This document shows positions 6,438 to 16,463 of a stretch of 64,000 nucleotides of DNA, one piece after another. The DNA is from a virus: positions 1-64,000 of IMG/VR virus record IMGVR_UViG_3300021088_000001. The stretch is one strand, 5' to 3'. The number at the start of each line of letters is the position of its first letter. The stretch's first letter is position 1. The notes under the pieces are model-generated. The model saw only the letters and a list, made by a program, of their open reading frames with translations, did not search any database and was not told the origin of the DNA. Both the position numbers and the translations under genes were made by a program.

Positions 6438-7868
6438 ATGGCAGAAGAAAAACAAGTAGTGCTAGGGCCATGTAGCCTTAAGCAACAGATGGCATTATTG
6501 GACAGGAGCGATATTCTTATAGTTGGTGGTGCAGCCGGGGCATCTAAATCCTATATGGCACTTTTAAAGGCATTAGACCACTGTTCCGATCCTGCAGCAC
6601 GTGTATTAATTGTCAGACGTTCATACCCAACACTTAAAGTAGTCGGTGGGCTTGTGGACGAATCAAAGAATATGTACAAACAATTTGGTGCAGTGTTTAA
6701 TTCTCAGCAATTGGAGTGGCGTTGGCCTAATGGTGCAGTAATAAAATTTATGGCAATGCCAGACGACTTGTCAGAATTACAAGGGGCTGCTGCAACCTTA
6801 ATTATCTGCGATGAAGGTACGGAACTTTCTGTCGAAGGTATTCTCATGTTAAAATCTCGCCTTCGTGGAGCAAGATTCAAAGGTGTGATGCAATTAGTTA
6901 TAACATGTAATCCAGATCGTCAGAGCTATTTATATGATTGGGTCAAATACTCACTAGACGAAGAAACAGGGATTCCTAAGTCTGGCACTGAGAAAATATT
7001 ACGATGGTTTGTTGTATTGAACAATAAAATATATTGGGCGAACTCTAAAGAGGAACTCTATAAAGAGCATGGAATGGGTTATACAGAGGGAGTAGATTTT
7101 ATTCCTAGCTCTCTAAGATTTATTGCAATGAATATTTACGATAACCCTGTTCTGATGAAGAATAATCCGGGGTATCTTGCAAATCTTTTATCAATGTCTA
7201 GAGTGAACCAGCAGCGATTTCTGAAAGGTTCTTGGACAGCAGTTATTGAAGGTAATAGTGTATTCAACAGATCTTGGGTACAATTTGTTGACAACCCTCC
7301 AGTTAATCCTACTTCCAAGGTCAGGTCGTGGGACTTGGCGTACAGCGTGCCTTCTGAGTCATACCCTAATCCCGATTGGACAGTAGGGGTATTAGTATCA
7401 AGAGATAGGTTTGGCACATATTGTATTGAAGATGTGAAGAGGTTCAGGAAGCTTACAGATGGTGTTGTCAAGGAGATAATCAAGACCTCTATTGATGATG
7501 GACAAGATATTCCAGTCACTATCCCAAAAGATAATGGTGGTGGTAAAGCTGCTTCTTCTATTTTCCTGCGCATGTTTGGAGAGGCTGGAATAAATGTGCG
7601 AGGAATTCCTATTACTAACCACAGCAGTAAAATGCAGAGATTCTTGCCATTTTGTACATATGCAGAATCTGGATCACTTACAATGGTTAAAGCCGATTGG
7701 AATGACGACTTTTTAACAGAGTTAGAGTATTTCTGTGGAAGTAGAAATCAGAAGGATGACCAAGTTGATGCTGTAGCAGATGCGTTCATAACATTGTCTA
7801 GGCAGGTTAATACTCCTGTCATAGCCCCTCCCTCAATGACCAAACCAAACCCTGTTCCCTCCATTTAG
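6438..7868 (+). CDS. terL: terminase large subunit
   Basis: Walker A GGAAGASKS, Walker B IICDE, coupling motif TCNP, nuclease WDLA and KDDQVDA. Confidence 0.95.
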   Translation: MAEEKQVVLGPCSLKQQMALLDRSDILIVGGAAGASKSYMALLKALDHCSDPAARVLIVRRSYPTLKVVGGLVDESKNMYKQFGAVFNSQQLEWRWPNGAVIKFMAMPDDLSELQGAAATLIICDEGTELSVEGILMLKSRLRGARFKGVMQLVITCNPDRQSYLYDWVKYSLDEETGIPKSGTEKILRWFVVLNNKIYWANSKEELYKEHGMGYTEGVDFIPSSLRFIAMNIYDNPVLMKNNPGYLANLLSMSRVNQQRFLKGSWTAVIEGNSVFNRSWVQFVDNPPVNPTSKVRSWDLAYSVPSESYPNPDWTVGVLVSRDRFGTYCIEDVKRFRKLTDGVVKEIIKTSIDDGQDIPVTIPKDNGGGKAASSIFLRMFGEAGINVRGIPITNHSSKMQRFLPFCTYAESGSLTMVKADWNDDFLTELEYFCGSRNQKDDQVDAVADAFITLSRQVNTPVIAPPSMTKPNPVPSI

Positions 7869-7898
7869 CATACAAAACAATCTTTGTCAAGTATTTTC

Positions 7899-7927
7899 TT
7901 GACAAATTGTTGTTAATGGTGTACAAT
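7899..7927 (+). promoter_or_regulatory. sigma70-like promoter
   Basis: TTGACA-17-TACAAT with extended -10 TG; inverted TGTCAA at 7885-7890. Confidence 0.75.
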
Positions 7928-7955
7928 GTTTGCATAACCTATAATAAGGAGTAAT

Positions 7956-8585
7956 ATGGCAGTTGTCTACTGGATACATTTAGCAGAACATACTGACATG
8001 TTCACGCAAGGATATATTGGAGTTAGTAAGAATACGGCTAAAGATAGGTTTAAGGTTCATAAACATCTTGCCACAAGCGGAAAAGGTATTTATGTAATAA
8101 ATAACGCTATTAGAAAATATGGCGACAGTATAAAACTCCAAACTTTAGTTGTGGCAGATTTGCAGTATTGCTACGATTTAGAAAGAAAGCTCCGTCCTGA
8201 GATAAATATCGGATGGAATATTGCTAGAGGCGGTGAGCAGCCTCCAATGACTGGCAGGAAACATTCAGATTACACTCGAAAAAAGATGAGTGACAGTTCT
8301 CACAGAATAAGAAAACCGCATTCAGAAGAGTTTAAAAATAGAATAAGAATTGCTAACAGTGGAAAGAAACCTTGGCAAAACTGTAAAGCTAGAAAACACA
8401 TCTGGTTAAAAGCTGCAGAAATAGCTGTGCTAGTCAGACAAAATCCTAAGTGGAGTTACAAAAGGCTCGACAAGATATTTAATGGCTCTACAGGCAGGGT
8501 CATAGATATGGCAAGAGCAGGTTGGTGGCCTGAAAAAGATCCCGCTTGGGTGGAATTTAAAACTGATGCGGAGAAAAGTTTATGA
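7956..8585 (+). CDS. free-standing GIY-YIG homing endonuclease with NUMOD3 repeats
   Basis: VVYWI...GYIG, R...H, E, GWN...GG; GRKHSDYTRKKMS and HSEEFKNRI repeats. Confidence 0.85.
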   Translation: MAVVYWIHLAEHTDMFTQGYIGVSKNTAKDRFKVHKHLATSGKGIYVINNAIRKYGDSIKLQTLVVADLQYCYDLERKLRPEINIGWNIARGGEQPPMTGRKHSDYTRKKMSDSSHRIRKPHSEEFKNRIRIANSGKKPWQNCKARKHIWLKAAEIAVLVRQNPKWSYKRLDKIFNGSTGRVIDMARAGWWPEKDPAWVEFKTDAEKSL

Positions 8586-10084
8586 CTAGAAAAAATACTA
8601 AAAGCTTGGATCCTGATATCGGAATTCCAATTCCTAGGCTTAGTAAGAGTGAGGTTGGATTCACAGGTTTAAGGGTATTAAATAAAGCTATATTAGAAGA
8701 GTCCAACCGCGCGTTTCGCTTCCCTGCTTTTTTGAAGACAGTCCAAGAAATGCGCACAGATGCAACAATCTGCGCAGTTCTCAACGTCTACCGCATGATG
8801 CTCACAAGAGTACCTTGGACAGTAACCCCTCCAGTTGACCCCACTCCTGCAGAAATCGACCGTGCGAAGTTTGTCCAAAGCTGCATGGACGATATGGAGA
8901 CAACTTGGAAACAATTTATCTCTGAAACATTGACATATCTTGAATATGGCTTCGCAGTAGAAGAGAAAGTATATCGAAGAAGATTAAATATCAACGGAAG
9001 TAAACACAATGATGGATTGATTGGCCTGCGCACAATTGCACCTCGTGGTCAAGACACTATTCGGCATTGGTACTTCTCGGATGATGGCAGAGAATTAGAA
9101 GGTGTTGGGCAGAGTCTCCGTAACATGGAGAATGGCTACAGATACCAAGTGCTTATTGATCAAGGTGCAGCTTCAAAAGACGGTTTGCTGAATATTGATA
9201 GAGATAAATTTCTACTGTTTACAGCAGACAGTGTAAAAGGTAATCCCGAAGGAAGAAGCATTCTGAAGAGTGTTTATCTTCCTTACAAACAGCTTACAAT
9301 GCTGAAAGATCAGCTATTCTTGGGCATAGCAAAAGATTTAGCCGCAGTGCCAATCGTCAAGCTTCCTTCTAAAGTTATGAATCCTGCTGGTTCTGCAGAA
9401 GAGATTGCAGCCTACACAGCATATCAGACATTGGTTAATAATGTCGCAGATGGGGTTCAGCGCGGAGTAGTAATTCCCTCTGATGTAGATCCTGAGACTA
9501 AAGCTGCATCCTACTCATTCGAGCTACTTGAGGCTAAGGGGCAGAGTAAATTTGATATCCCGGCTGTTATCAAAGCAATCCAGACGGATATACTTGTGGC
9601 ATTATCGGCTGATGTTATCACAGCCGTAGCTGATACGCAAGGATCTTTTTCGATTAAGGACAATTCCACCAATTTGCTCGCAATTGCTGTGGAGCACAGG
9701 CTGAATGAAATCAGAGATGTGCTGAATGGGGATCTAGTGCCGCAGATATTTGCACTGAATGGCTGGAGCCAAGATAGGCTTCCAACATTTGAGTATGGAG
9801 ATATTGTTGACACAGGGCAAGAAGAATTTTCTAAGGCCATTCAGCGTATGGCATCTGTTGGAATGATTGAGATTGATCGTGAGATTCTTAATAAGATTCG
9901 TACAGTACTCGGAGTTGACCCTAAGCCAGACGATGAACCTGTTAACTTCGAGGACCTGTCTGCTAATACCACCCGCGCCAGTGATGGCCTTGAGGCCGGA
10001 AGATCTGGAGACGGAACGTCAGTTATCGGCGGCGAGGGAAGTAAAGTAGACAGGTCAGCAGCCAATGCAGACAATGCAGCTTAA
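8582..10084 (+). CDS. portal protein
   Basis: 500 aa after terL; YGFAVEEKVY, NPEGRSIL. Confidence 0.9.
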   Translation: MTRKNTKSLDPDIGIPIPRLSKSEVGFTGLRVLNKAILEESNRAFRFPAFLKTVQEMRTDATICAVLNVYRMMLTRVPWTVTPPVDPTPAEIDRAKFVQSCMDDMETTWKQFISETLTYLEYGFAVEEKVYRRRLNINGSKHNDGLIGLRTIAPRGQDTIRHWYFSDDGRELEGVGQSLRNMENGYRYQVLIDQGAASKDGLLNIDRDKFLLFTADSVKGNPEGRSILKSVYLPYKQLTMLKDQLFLGIAKDLAAVPIVKLPSKVMNPAGSAEEIAAYTAYQTLVNNVADGVQRGVVIPSDVDPETKAASYSFELLEAKGQSKFDIPAVIKAIQTDILVALSADVITAVADTQGSFSIKDNSTNLLAIAVEHRLNEIRDVLNGDLVPQIFALNGWSQDRLPTFEYGDIVDTGQEEFSKAIQRMASVGMIEIDREILNKIRTVLGVDPKPDDEPVNFEDLSANTTRASDGLEAGRSGDGTSVIGGEGSKVDRSAANADNAA

Positions 10085-10102
10085 ATATGAATAAGGATAA
10101 TT

Positions 10103-10903
10103 ATGGTAACTAAAACAGTAGGAGGATCAGAGCACGGTGCAAGTGATTTTGCATATGTTCCAGATCCCTCTGAACCATCCACTTGGAAACTTCCAATCTT
10201 TGATGCGAGACATGCAGCAGCAGCCGTTAGCGCGATTGGTAAGGGATTCCGAGGCAAGAAGGCGAAAATTCCTGCAGCAGATTTAGCTGGAGTGAAACGA
10301 AAGATTGCATCAGCCTATAAGAAATTCTTCCCCGACAAAGATCTCCCACCAATCCTCAAATCCCTTGATATTAAAGTCAATGACCAAGAACTTGATGGCA
10401 GCTTATACAATGCAGTGATCTCAGCCCTGTCAAGTTTCTTTAAGAATCAAGAGTGGGAAGATGACTACATTGACGACTGCGAAGAGTATGTTGAAGAGCA
10501 GCTTGAAGAGGCAGGGCTAATTGATCCTAGTGAAGCTACTGAAGATGAACCTGTGATGAAGTCTCTTAACGAAGAGAAGCGTCAAGGTACATATGTCGTC
10601 CTAGAGCCTAATAAGACAGATCTTCAAGGTGATATATATGATGCAGCCGAAGTAGCTAAAGGATGTCACAATTTCAACACTGAATGCAGAAAAGCTTTCT
10701 TGGATCACGCAACAGAAACTGATCAAGCATCAATTGTTGAAAGTTACATCGCTCCAACAGATTTGAATATCGATGGAAACACAGTTTCAAAAGGTACGTG
10801 GTTAGCTGTTGTGCAATTCAATGAAGAATTGTGGAAGTCAGCTAAGGATGGAAAATATAGTGGCCTTTCAATCGGGGCATGGGCTAAGACGGAGGAATTA
10901 TAA
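10103..10903 (+). CDS. prohead maturation protease (XkdF-like) with an extra N-terminal domain
   Basis: VLEPN..DLQGD, H, ESYIAP, KGTWL, GKYSGLSIG; N-terminal FAYVPDP..PSTWKLPI domain and acidic linker. Confidence 0.85.
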   Translation: MVTKTVGGSEHGASDFAYVPDPSEPSTWKLPIFDARHAAAAVSAIGKGFRGKKAKIPAADLAGVKRKIASAYKKFFPDKDLPPILKSLDIKVNDQELDGSLYNAVISALSSFFKNQEWEDDYIDDCEEYVEEQLEEAGLIDPSEATEDEPVMKSLNEEKRQGTYVVLEPNKTDLQGDIYDAAEVAKGCHNFNTECRKAFLDHATETDQASIVESYIAPTDLNIDGNTVSKGTWLAVVQFNEELWKSAKDGKYSGLSIGAWAKTEEL

Positions 10904-11455
10904 TTGGAACCTAAACGAAAACTTAGTGAATTTGATTTTAGTAAGAAGGGCGCACATATCTCATTAGTTGGGCCATCGCTTGGAGGTCCAGCAAACGGTA
11001 GGTCCGTTCTTACCCTTAAATCTTTATCCCCTGTTGGGGCAAACAACGACCCTAACGGGAAAGGAAATGTAATGAGTGAAATGATTGAAAAGAGTGCAGC
11101 AGACGCATTGATTCTCAAGGCTGTGGAAGCTGCCACAGAACCACTGAAGAAAGAACTCGCAGTTCTGAAGGCTGCAGAAATGGCACGCACTGAAGCTGTT
11201 CGTAAGAGTCAATTGAAAGCTGTTGTTGGCGACGCTAAAGCTGAAGAGACTTTCAATGCTCTTAAATCTCTGGATGACGCATCCTTCGAGATTATTGTCA
11301 AGAGCTATGCTAGTGCAAATGCTGCTGAAGGTAAAAGTAAAATGTTCGCCGAAAAAGGCGTAGATGGTAAAGCTGATGCTGAAAAAGTAGCTGCTGACAC
11401 ATTGAACAATGACACAGCTAAATATCTGAAGTCCAAATATCAAAAAGCTGCTTAA
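10904..11455 (+). CDS. scaffolding protein (possible internal start at 11072)
   Basis: Lys/Ala/Glu-rich coiled coil between protease and decoration genes; strong RBS AAAGGA before ATG 11072. Confidence 0.7.
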   Translation: MEPKRKLSEFDFSKKGAHISLVGPSLGGPANGRSVLTLKSLSPVGANNDPNGKGNVMSEMIEKSAADALILKAVEAATEPLKKELAVLKAAEMARTEAVRKSQLKAVVGDAKAEETFNALKSLDDASFEIIVKSYASANAAEGKSKMFAEKGVDGKADAEKVAADTLNNDTAKYLKSKYQKAA

Positions 11456-11482
11456 TCAACTCAATACACAAAGGAATAAATA

Positions 11483-12193
11483 ATGACTGTTCTTGCTACC
11501 GAAAGCCAGTATTCGCGTCTTGCGTCTCTGGTAAAATTCAGTGATACACCTGAATATTTTCAATTTCACACAAAGGCTGTAGTAGCCTATGAATCAGGTA
11601 CTCCAACCTACACCCTTGGCACTGTTATGGGAGCTTATGTAGATACTCCAGTTGGCACTGCTGGTACAACCGTAGGTACTGGTAATGGCGTGATGGGTGC
11701 CATCACTGTAACCTCTGTTCCCGGCCTAGAGCTTGGTACTTATACACTGAAGATCATCAAGGCCAATACTAATGCCGGTGATTTCCAATTGCGTTCACCC
11801 TCTGGCAAATTAGTTGGTAATGGTACTGTTGCTGTGGCGTTTGCTCAAGATGCATTTGCATTCACATTGGCCGATGGTTCTTCGGACTTCGTGGTTGGTG
11901 ACACAATTCCAATCGTCGTCACTGGCACTGTGCAATACAAAGCCGCTGTCGCAACTGCTACTGATGGTTCACAAATCCCTGTTGCATTGTACATGGGCGA
12001 TTCGTTCGGCGCTATCAAAGACACTGTGATGGTTGCTACCACTGCTACCAATATTATGGTTATTAATCGTGGCAAAGTTATTGTCTCGAAAGATGCCCTC
12101 GTTCTGGATACGTCCTACAGCACTACTGCAGCTAAGAATAATGCTTATGCTGCTCTGGGCGTCCAAGGTATCCTTGTTGAAGCAAGTAACTAA
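11483..12193 (+). CDS. head decoration protein with an inserted domain
   Basis: GTVMG...ATDGSQIPVAL lambda-gpD-like motifs; directly upstream of the capsid gene. Confidence 0.75.
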   Translation: MTVLATESQYSRLASLVKFSDTPEYFQFHTKAVVAYESGTPTYTLGTVMGAYVDTPVGTAGTTVGTGNGVMGAITVTSVPGLELGTYTLKIIKANTNAGDFQLRSPSGKLVGNGTVAVAFAQDAFAFTLADGSSDFVVGDTIPIVVTGTVQYKAAVATATDGSQIPVALYMGDSFGAIKDTVMVATTATNIMVINRGKVIVSKDALVLDTSYSTTAAKNNAYAALGVQGILVEASN

Positions 12194-12220
12194 TCTAACT
12201 ACATAATAAGGAGTATTACC

Positions 12221-13264
12221 TTGATTACACGCGACTTCACCGGCTCAGGTTTCGGAGTATCGGATTGGACCGAAGAACTTAACATCATCCCTAACCAATG
12301 GGGAACTATCAACAGCCTTGGCATCTTTGCCGAAGAAGGCGTTGCAGAACACGTCATCCAATTTGATGAAGTTATCAAAGATGGTGCATTGATCGTTGAC
12401 CGCATTCGTGGTGAACGTGCTAATGTTGGACGTGATTACAAACGTAAAATCCATTCGTTCAATGTGCCTCACTTCCCAATGGAAGATGCAATCTACCCGC
12501 AGGATATCCAAGGCAAGCGCGCCTATGGTTCTCCTACTGAGGCAGAAACATTTGATGCAGTGCGTGGCCGTAAGCTGGAACGTATTCGTCAGAATCATGC
12601 TTGGACATTGGAAGCTGCTCGTGCACAAGCTATCGTGTTGGGTACAGTATATGCGCCTAACTTGACAGTGGTTCAGGACTGGTATCAAGAGTTTACTCAG
12701 ACTACTCGCCCAACTACTATTGACTTCCTGTTTGGTACAAGCACCACTGATGTGATGGGCAAGATTGAAGCTAATATCGCCGCTATTCAGGATAACTCTG
12801 GCTCTGTTACCATCACTGGTATTGTTGCCCTTTGTGGACCAACATTCTTCCAGAGGTTGATCACTCATGCAACAGTGAAAACTGCATATCAGTATTATGC
12901 AGCCACTAACCAAGCAGGCAATGCTCAACCTCTACGTGATCGTATGGCTACTGGTGTTAATGCACCGCAGCACCGTATGTTCAACTTCGGTGGTGCTCTG
13001 TTCATTGAAATGCGTGATAAGTATGCTGGCACTGCCTTGATTGGTGCTGCAGATTGCTACTTCTTGCCAACTGGTACTGAGTTCTTCAAGACTTACTTCT
13101 CGCCTGCTAATCGTTTTGGCCTAGTTAACACAGTTGGTGAGCAAGTGTATGTGTTTGAGTCTATGGAGATGAATGGCACAGCTTACAAGTTGGAGAGTGA
13201 GTCCAATCATATTTCGGCACTGCTCAAACCACTCTTGGTTTCTGCATCAACTAGCTCTACCTAA
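12221..13264 (+). CDS. major capsid protein (lambda gpE-like family), TTG start
   Basis: 347 aa; RBS TAAGGAG; PHFP..DAI.P.DIQG.R; F.TYFSPAN; followed by a terminator. Confidence 0.9.
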   Translation: MITRDFTGSGFGVSDWTEELNIIPNQWGTINSLGIFAEEGVAEHVIQFDEVIKDGALIVDRIRGERANVGRDYKRKIHSFNVPHFPMEDAIYPQDIQGKRAYGSPTEAETFDAVRGRKLERIRQNHAWTLEAARAQAIVLGTVYAPNLTVVQDWYQEFTQTTRPTTIDFLFGTSTTDVMGKIEANIAAIQDNSGSVTITGIVALCGPTFFQRLITHATVKTAYQYYAATNQAGNAQPLRDRMATGVNAPQHRMFNFGGALFIEMRDKYAGTALIGAADCYFLPTGTEFFKTYFSPANRFGLVNTVGEQVYVFESMEMNGTAYKLESESNHISALLKPLLVSASTSST

Positions 13265-13281
13265 TACTAATTTATTAGTCG

Positions 13282-13307
13282 AAGCAGCTTTTCGCAGAGG
13301 CTGCTTT
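13282..13307 (+). terminator. intrinsic terminator
   Basis: AAGCAGCTTT/GAGGCTGCTTT hairpin. Confidence 0.65.
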
Positions 13308-13335
13308 AGCGAATAAATTTACTACCGGAGAAATT

Positions 13336-13800
13336 ATGGCAATAGACTACAGTACTAATGAGGGAAAAGTTAGACTCCGGGTAGGCGACGCAGGAGATCT
13401 TCAAATCTTTCCTTCAGCCGTTTACACAGGCGCACTAACAGATTGCTCCAATAATCTGCCACGAACAGCGAAACTTGTGGCCCAATATATCCTTGGTGCA
13501 CTAACTGCACAGACACATCAAAAACTCGCACAAATCGAGGTCTTTGGTGGTGAGTGGTTTGATAACTATCTAGCATTTGTAAAAGCTACGATTCTCAATC
13601 CGAATTACATGGAGTACTGTCCTCTTCCATACACACCAATCACAGTAGATGCATGGGGTAATAAAATTGAAGTTCCTTTCATTCAGTTTCAGAAGGATTG
13701 GGAGGCCAATTACGTTGGGGGAACTCAATCCCAAGCTCTCCGCTGGACAGCTTACCCAAGCTACCCCGGATTCGGAGTACCAAGTGGAACTTACTTCTAA
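13336..13800 (+). CDS. head-tail adaptor
   Basis: VRLRVGD N-terminus; position after the capsid gene. Confidence 0.65.
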   Translation: MAIDYSTNEGKVRLRVGDAGDLQIFPSAVYTGALTDCSNNLPRTAKLVAQYILGALTAQTHQKLAQIEVFGGEWFDNYLAFVKATILNPNYMEYCPLPYTPITVDAWGNKIEVPFIQFQKDWEANYVGGTQSQALRWTAYPSYPGFGVPSGTYF

Positions 13801-13809
13801 GGAGCTTAT

Positions 13810-14190
13810 ATGGCAGCATATGACCCTTTCCTAAGAGTAGTTTCCAATATGCTCTCTCGATATGGAGGAGACGGAGTGCTTATATCGAGAGGTGATACTC
13901 CCTACAATTACTCTACTTCCACTCAAGAACAACGTGAAGACTGTTATCCTTTGAGAATGCTGGCATTTGACTTCCTGCAAAAGAAGGATGGAGATAGGCC
14001 AATGCAGAACACTCTTATTCAAAGTGGCGACAAGCAAATTTATATGTCTGCAGGCAGTTGGGTTCCTAGACCAATAGCAGGAGTTGACGAGATAGTCTAT
14101 AACAGCAGAGTGTACTCCATTGTCACTGTTAAGGAGTTAAACCCTTCTGGCAGCACTACAGTGTACACTGAAATGTTTATAAGAGAATAG
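13810..14190 (+). CDS. head closure/stopper protein
   Basis: LIQSGDKQ, VKELNPSG; synteny. Confidence 0.7.
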   Translation: MAAYDPFLRVVSNMLSRYGGDGVLISRGDTPYNYSTSTQEQREDCYPLRMLAFDFLQKKDGDRPMQNTLIQSGDKQIYMSAGSWVPRPIAGVDEIVYNSRVYSIVTVKELNPSGSTTVYTEMFIRE

Positions 14191-14191
14191 T

Positions 14192-14617
14192 ATGGGATTT
14201 GCCGATTCAATCAAGCTTGCTGCAAGCAAGATGCAATCCCAAGTTAACGCCAAGATAGACGAAGTGGCTACAGATCTATTCACCACAATTGTTAACAAAT
14301 CCCCAATATTAACTGGCAACTTATCTAACAATTGGTATGTAGGTTTAGGCTCTGGAAACTATAACTACTCTTATTCGATGTCCACTAACAAAGATGGTGT
14401 GCAGAGTAGGAATCAAATTTCTCTCTTGCGAAATGTCACAGAGTTCTTAGGTAAAGATGGTGAAGTGAGTTTCACAAACTCTACGCCATATGGCAGAAAT
14501 GCTGAGTATCTTGGTTGGCCAACACCACAGTGGTCTGGAAGAGTTGGACCATATGCAATGGTGAGAAATAGCCTGCTTGAAGTGGCTACCAAATATAAAG
14601 GAGTAAATCAAGCATGA
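14192..14617 (+). CDS. neck/tail completion protein (HK97 gp10-like)
   Basis: SP..TG.L.NNW, N..PY...AEY.G, PYAMVR. Confidence 0.75.
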   Translation: MGFADSIKLAASKMQSQVNAKIDEVATDLFTTIVNKSPILTGNLSNNWYVGLGSGNYNYSYSMSTNKDGVQSRNQISLLRNVTEFLGKDGEVSFTNSTPYGRNAEYLGWPTPQWSGRVGPYAMVRNSLLEVATKYKGVNQA

Positions 14618-15009
14618 CAGCACGAAGTGAAATTGAGAATAGGCTGCTTGCTTGGGCCAATAGTAAATCCCCTCCAATTCCTATTGCATCTGAGAATTCT
14701 AAGTTCAAGAAGCCAACAGATGGCTCATGGTTAGAATTTGTGATGCTGAATGGTGTTCCTACAAATAGAAATGTTGCAGCAGCAGGTTATAGGCTACGAG
14801 GCCAATTCCAGATAAATATATATGGCCCTGCAGGAATAGGGGCTGGAGGAATAGAGGAGTTGGCAAATGAGATTGTGAATATCTTCCCTGTCATTCCTAA
14901 GATTGGAACAGTGAGTATTGAACAGCCTCTTAGTCCAGCACCTTTGATCACAACAATTGGAACTTCGGTATGTATGCCGATTACAGGGAAGTATCGCATT
15001 GAATATTAA
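14614..15009 (+). CDS. tail terminator
   Basis: GQFQINIY.P.G.G motif; synteny. Confidence 0.75.
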   Translation: MTARSEIENRLLAWANSKSPPIPIASENSKFKKPTDGSWLEFVMLNGVPTNRNVAAAGYRLRGQFQINIYGPAGIGAGGIEELANEIVNIFPVIPKIGTVSIEQPLSPAPLITTIGTSVCMPITGKYRIEY

Positions 15010-15063
15010 ATTAGGCATGAAGCCGCTAACAAGCCGTAAGGCTATCACTAAAAGGAAATAGAC

Positions 15064-15426
15064 ATGACAGTCGCAGTAGCAATTACGGCACGTGGTGCTG
15101 GTCCGTTTGCAGTAACAAACACTACCCTTACCACTGGTCCAGATACTCTGGCGTATGTTGCTGGTAACGGGATGATCCTAGAGTTGGAGAACACCACAGT
15201 TGGTAGCATCACTACTACACTGCTTGGCTCTACATCTAGTGCTACATATTCAGTTCCGGGAGCTGGTGCAACTACGATCAATGCTGCAGCAGGTTTGGCA
15301 GTTGTTGTAGCTGCTGGTGCAAAGTATTGGGTGGAATTGGATAAGATTCAGGCATACCTCCAAGGAGCAGTGACACTAACATCTACAGCAAGCGGTATGA
15401 CGGCAGTTTGCGTCAAAGGCCAATAA
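15064..15426 (+). CDS. small beta-rich virion protein of unknown function
   Basis: Thr/Ala/Val-rich; RBS AAGGA; lies between terminator and tube genes. Confidence 0.6.
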   Translation: MTVAVAITARGAGPFAVTNTTLTTGPDTLAYVAGNGMILELENTTVGSITTTLLGSTSSATYSVPGAGATTINAAAGLAVVVAAGAKYWVELDKIQAYLQGAVTLTSTASGMTAVCVKGQ

Positions 15427-15451
15427 TTTAACATATAACAAGGAGTATTAA

Positions 15452-15913
15452 ATGACAGCTTCATTGGTCCGCACCAGTGCTGGTAGCACCATCTCTATTT
15501 GCGCTGCTACACTTCCGGCGACATATGATTTGACAGGTTTTGCAGCTTTAACTTACACACTTATCAATGAGATTTCTGATCTGGGTGCATTTGGTAAGAA
15601 ATATAATCTCGTAACATTTATGCCGCTTGGTAGTCGTCAGGTAATTAAGCGCAGAGGTTCATATAATAATGGCTCTATGTCTCTTAAAATGGGCCAGAGC
15701 GTCACTGATGCAGGCCAACTAGCATTAGCGACAGGTCTTGCTTCGGACACATCCAGTTCGTTTAAAGTTGTTACTCAGTCTGGTAGTACGTACTACTTCA
15801 CTGCGCAGATTCTGAGCACAGTGACAACCATTGGTACAGTGGATGTTATTACTGAACAGAGTGTAGATTTGGAGCTTGACAATTCCGTGGTCTTAGGCGC
15901 ACAAATCGCTTGA
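15452..15913 (+). CDS. major tail tube protein (non-contractile)
   Basis: TSAGSTI.I..A.PATYD..GF.AL, K.RGSYN.G, DAGQ; no sheath gene present. Confidence 0.85.
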   Translation: MTASLVRTSAGSTISICAATLPATYDLTGFAALTYTLINEISDLGAFGKKYNLVTFMPLGSRQVIKRRGSYNNGSMSLKMGQSVTDAGQLALATGLASDTSSSFKVVTQSGSTYYFTAQILSTVTTIGTVDVITEQSVDLELDNSVVLGAQIA

Positions 15914-15940
15914 TGCTATAAACTTATTAAATTAATCTCT

Positions 15941-15970
15941 AAGCCACCATTAAATTGGTGGCTTTTATTT
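15941..15970 (+). terminator. intrinsic terminator
   Basis: AAGCCACCA/TGGTGGCTTTT. Confidence 0.8.
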
Positions 15971-15977
15971 TATCTAC

Positions 15978-16006
15978 TTGACACATAACCTTACTTGTGT
16001 TATACT
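15978..16006 (+). promoter_or_regulatory. sigma70-like promoter
   Basis: TTGACA-17-TATACT. Confidence 0.8.
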
Positions 16007-16067
16007 AACAAAGTTACAATCATAAAATAACATTAGCATAAGCTAAATTACCATAAGGAAATATAAC

Positions 16068-16463
16068 ATGTTTGATGTAAAAAGTCTAGCCATTCGTGAC
16101 ACATTTGTTCTTCATTTGAAACACCCTGTCACAGAGGATAACCTCTATGCAGATGAAGCTAAGAAACAACCTATCACTATCACACTGTCTTCTACGGCCT
16201 CTAAAGCATATCGCAAATTCGTGAATGCAATGCATGAACGTGCAATCAAGCGCGGCGTTAAGAAGCAGTCTGCAGAAGAGAAGCGCGCAGAAGGTGTAGA
16301 ACTCTTGGTAGCCGTCTGTATCAGCTCTGAAAATCTTGTCTACAATAAACAGCCTGTGCAAACAGAGGCTGACTTCCGTGCATTGCTTAGCGATGATACA
16401 GTAAGCTGGATCAAAGAGCAAGTAGATAATGCTCTTGGAGATAAAGAGCTTTTCATCGGCTAG
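16068..16463 (+). CDS. tail assembly chaperone (gpG-like)
   Basis: Between tube and tape measure genes; L.HPVT...L motif. Confidence 0.75.
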   Translation: MFDVKSLAIRDTFVLHLKHPVTEDNLYADEAKKQPITITLSSTASKAYRKFVNAMHERAIKRGVKKQSAEEKRAEGVELLVAVCISSENLVYNKQPVQTEADFRALLSDDTVSWIKEQVDNALGDKELFIG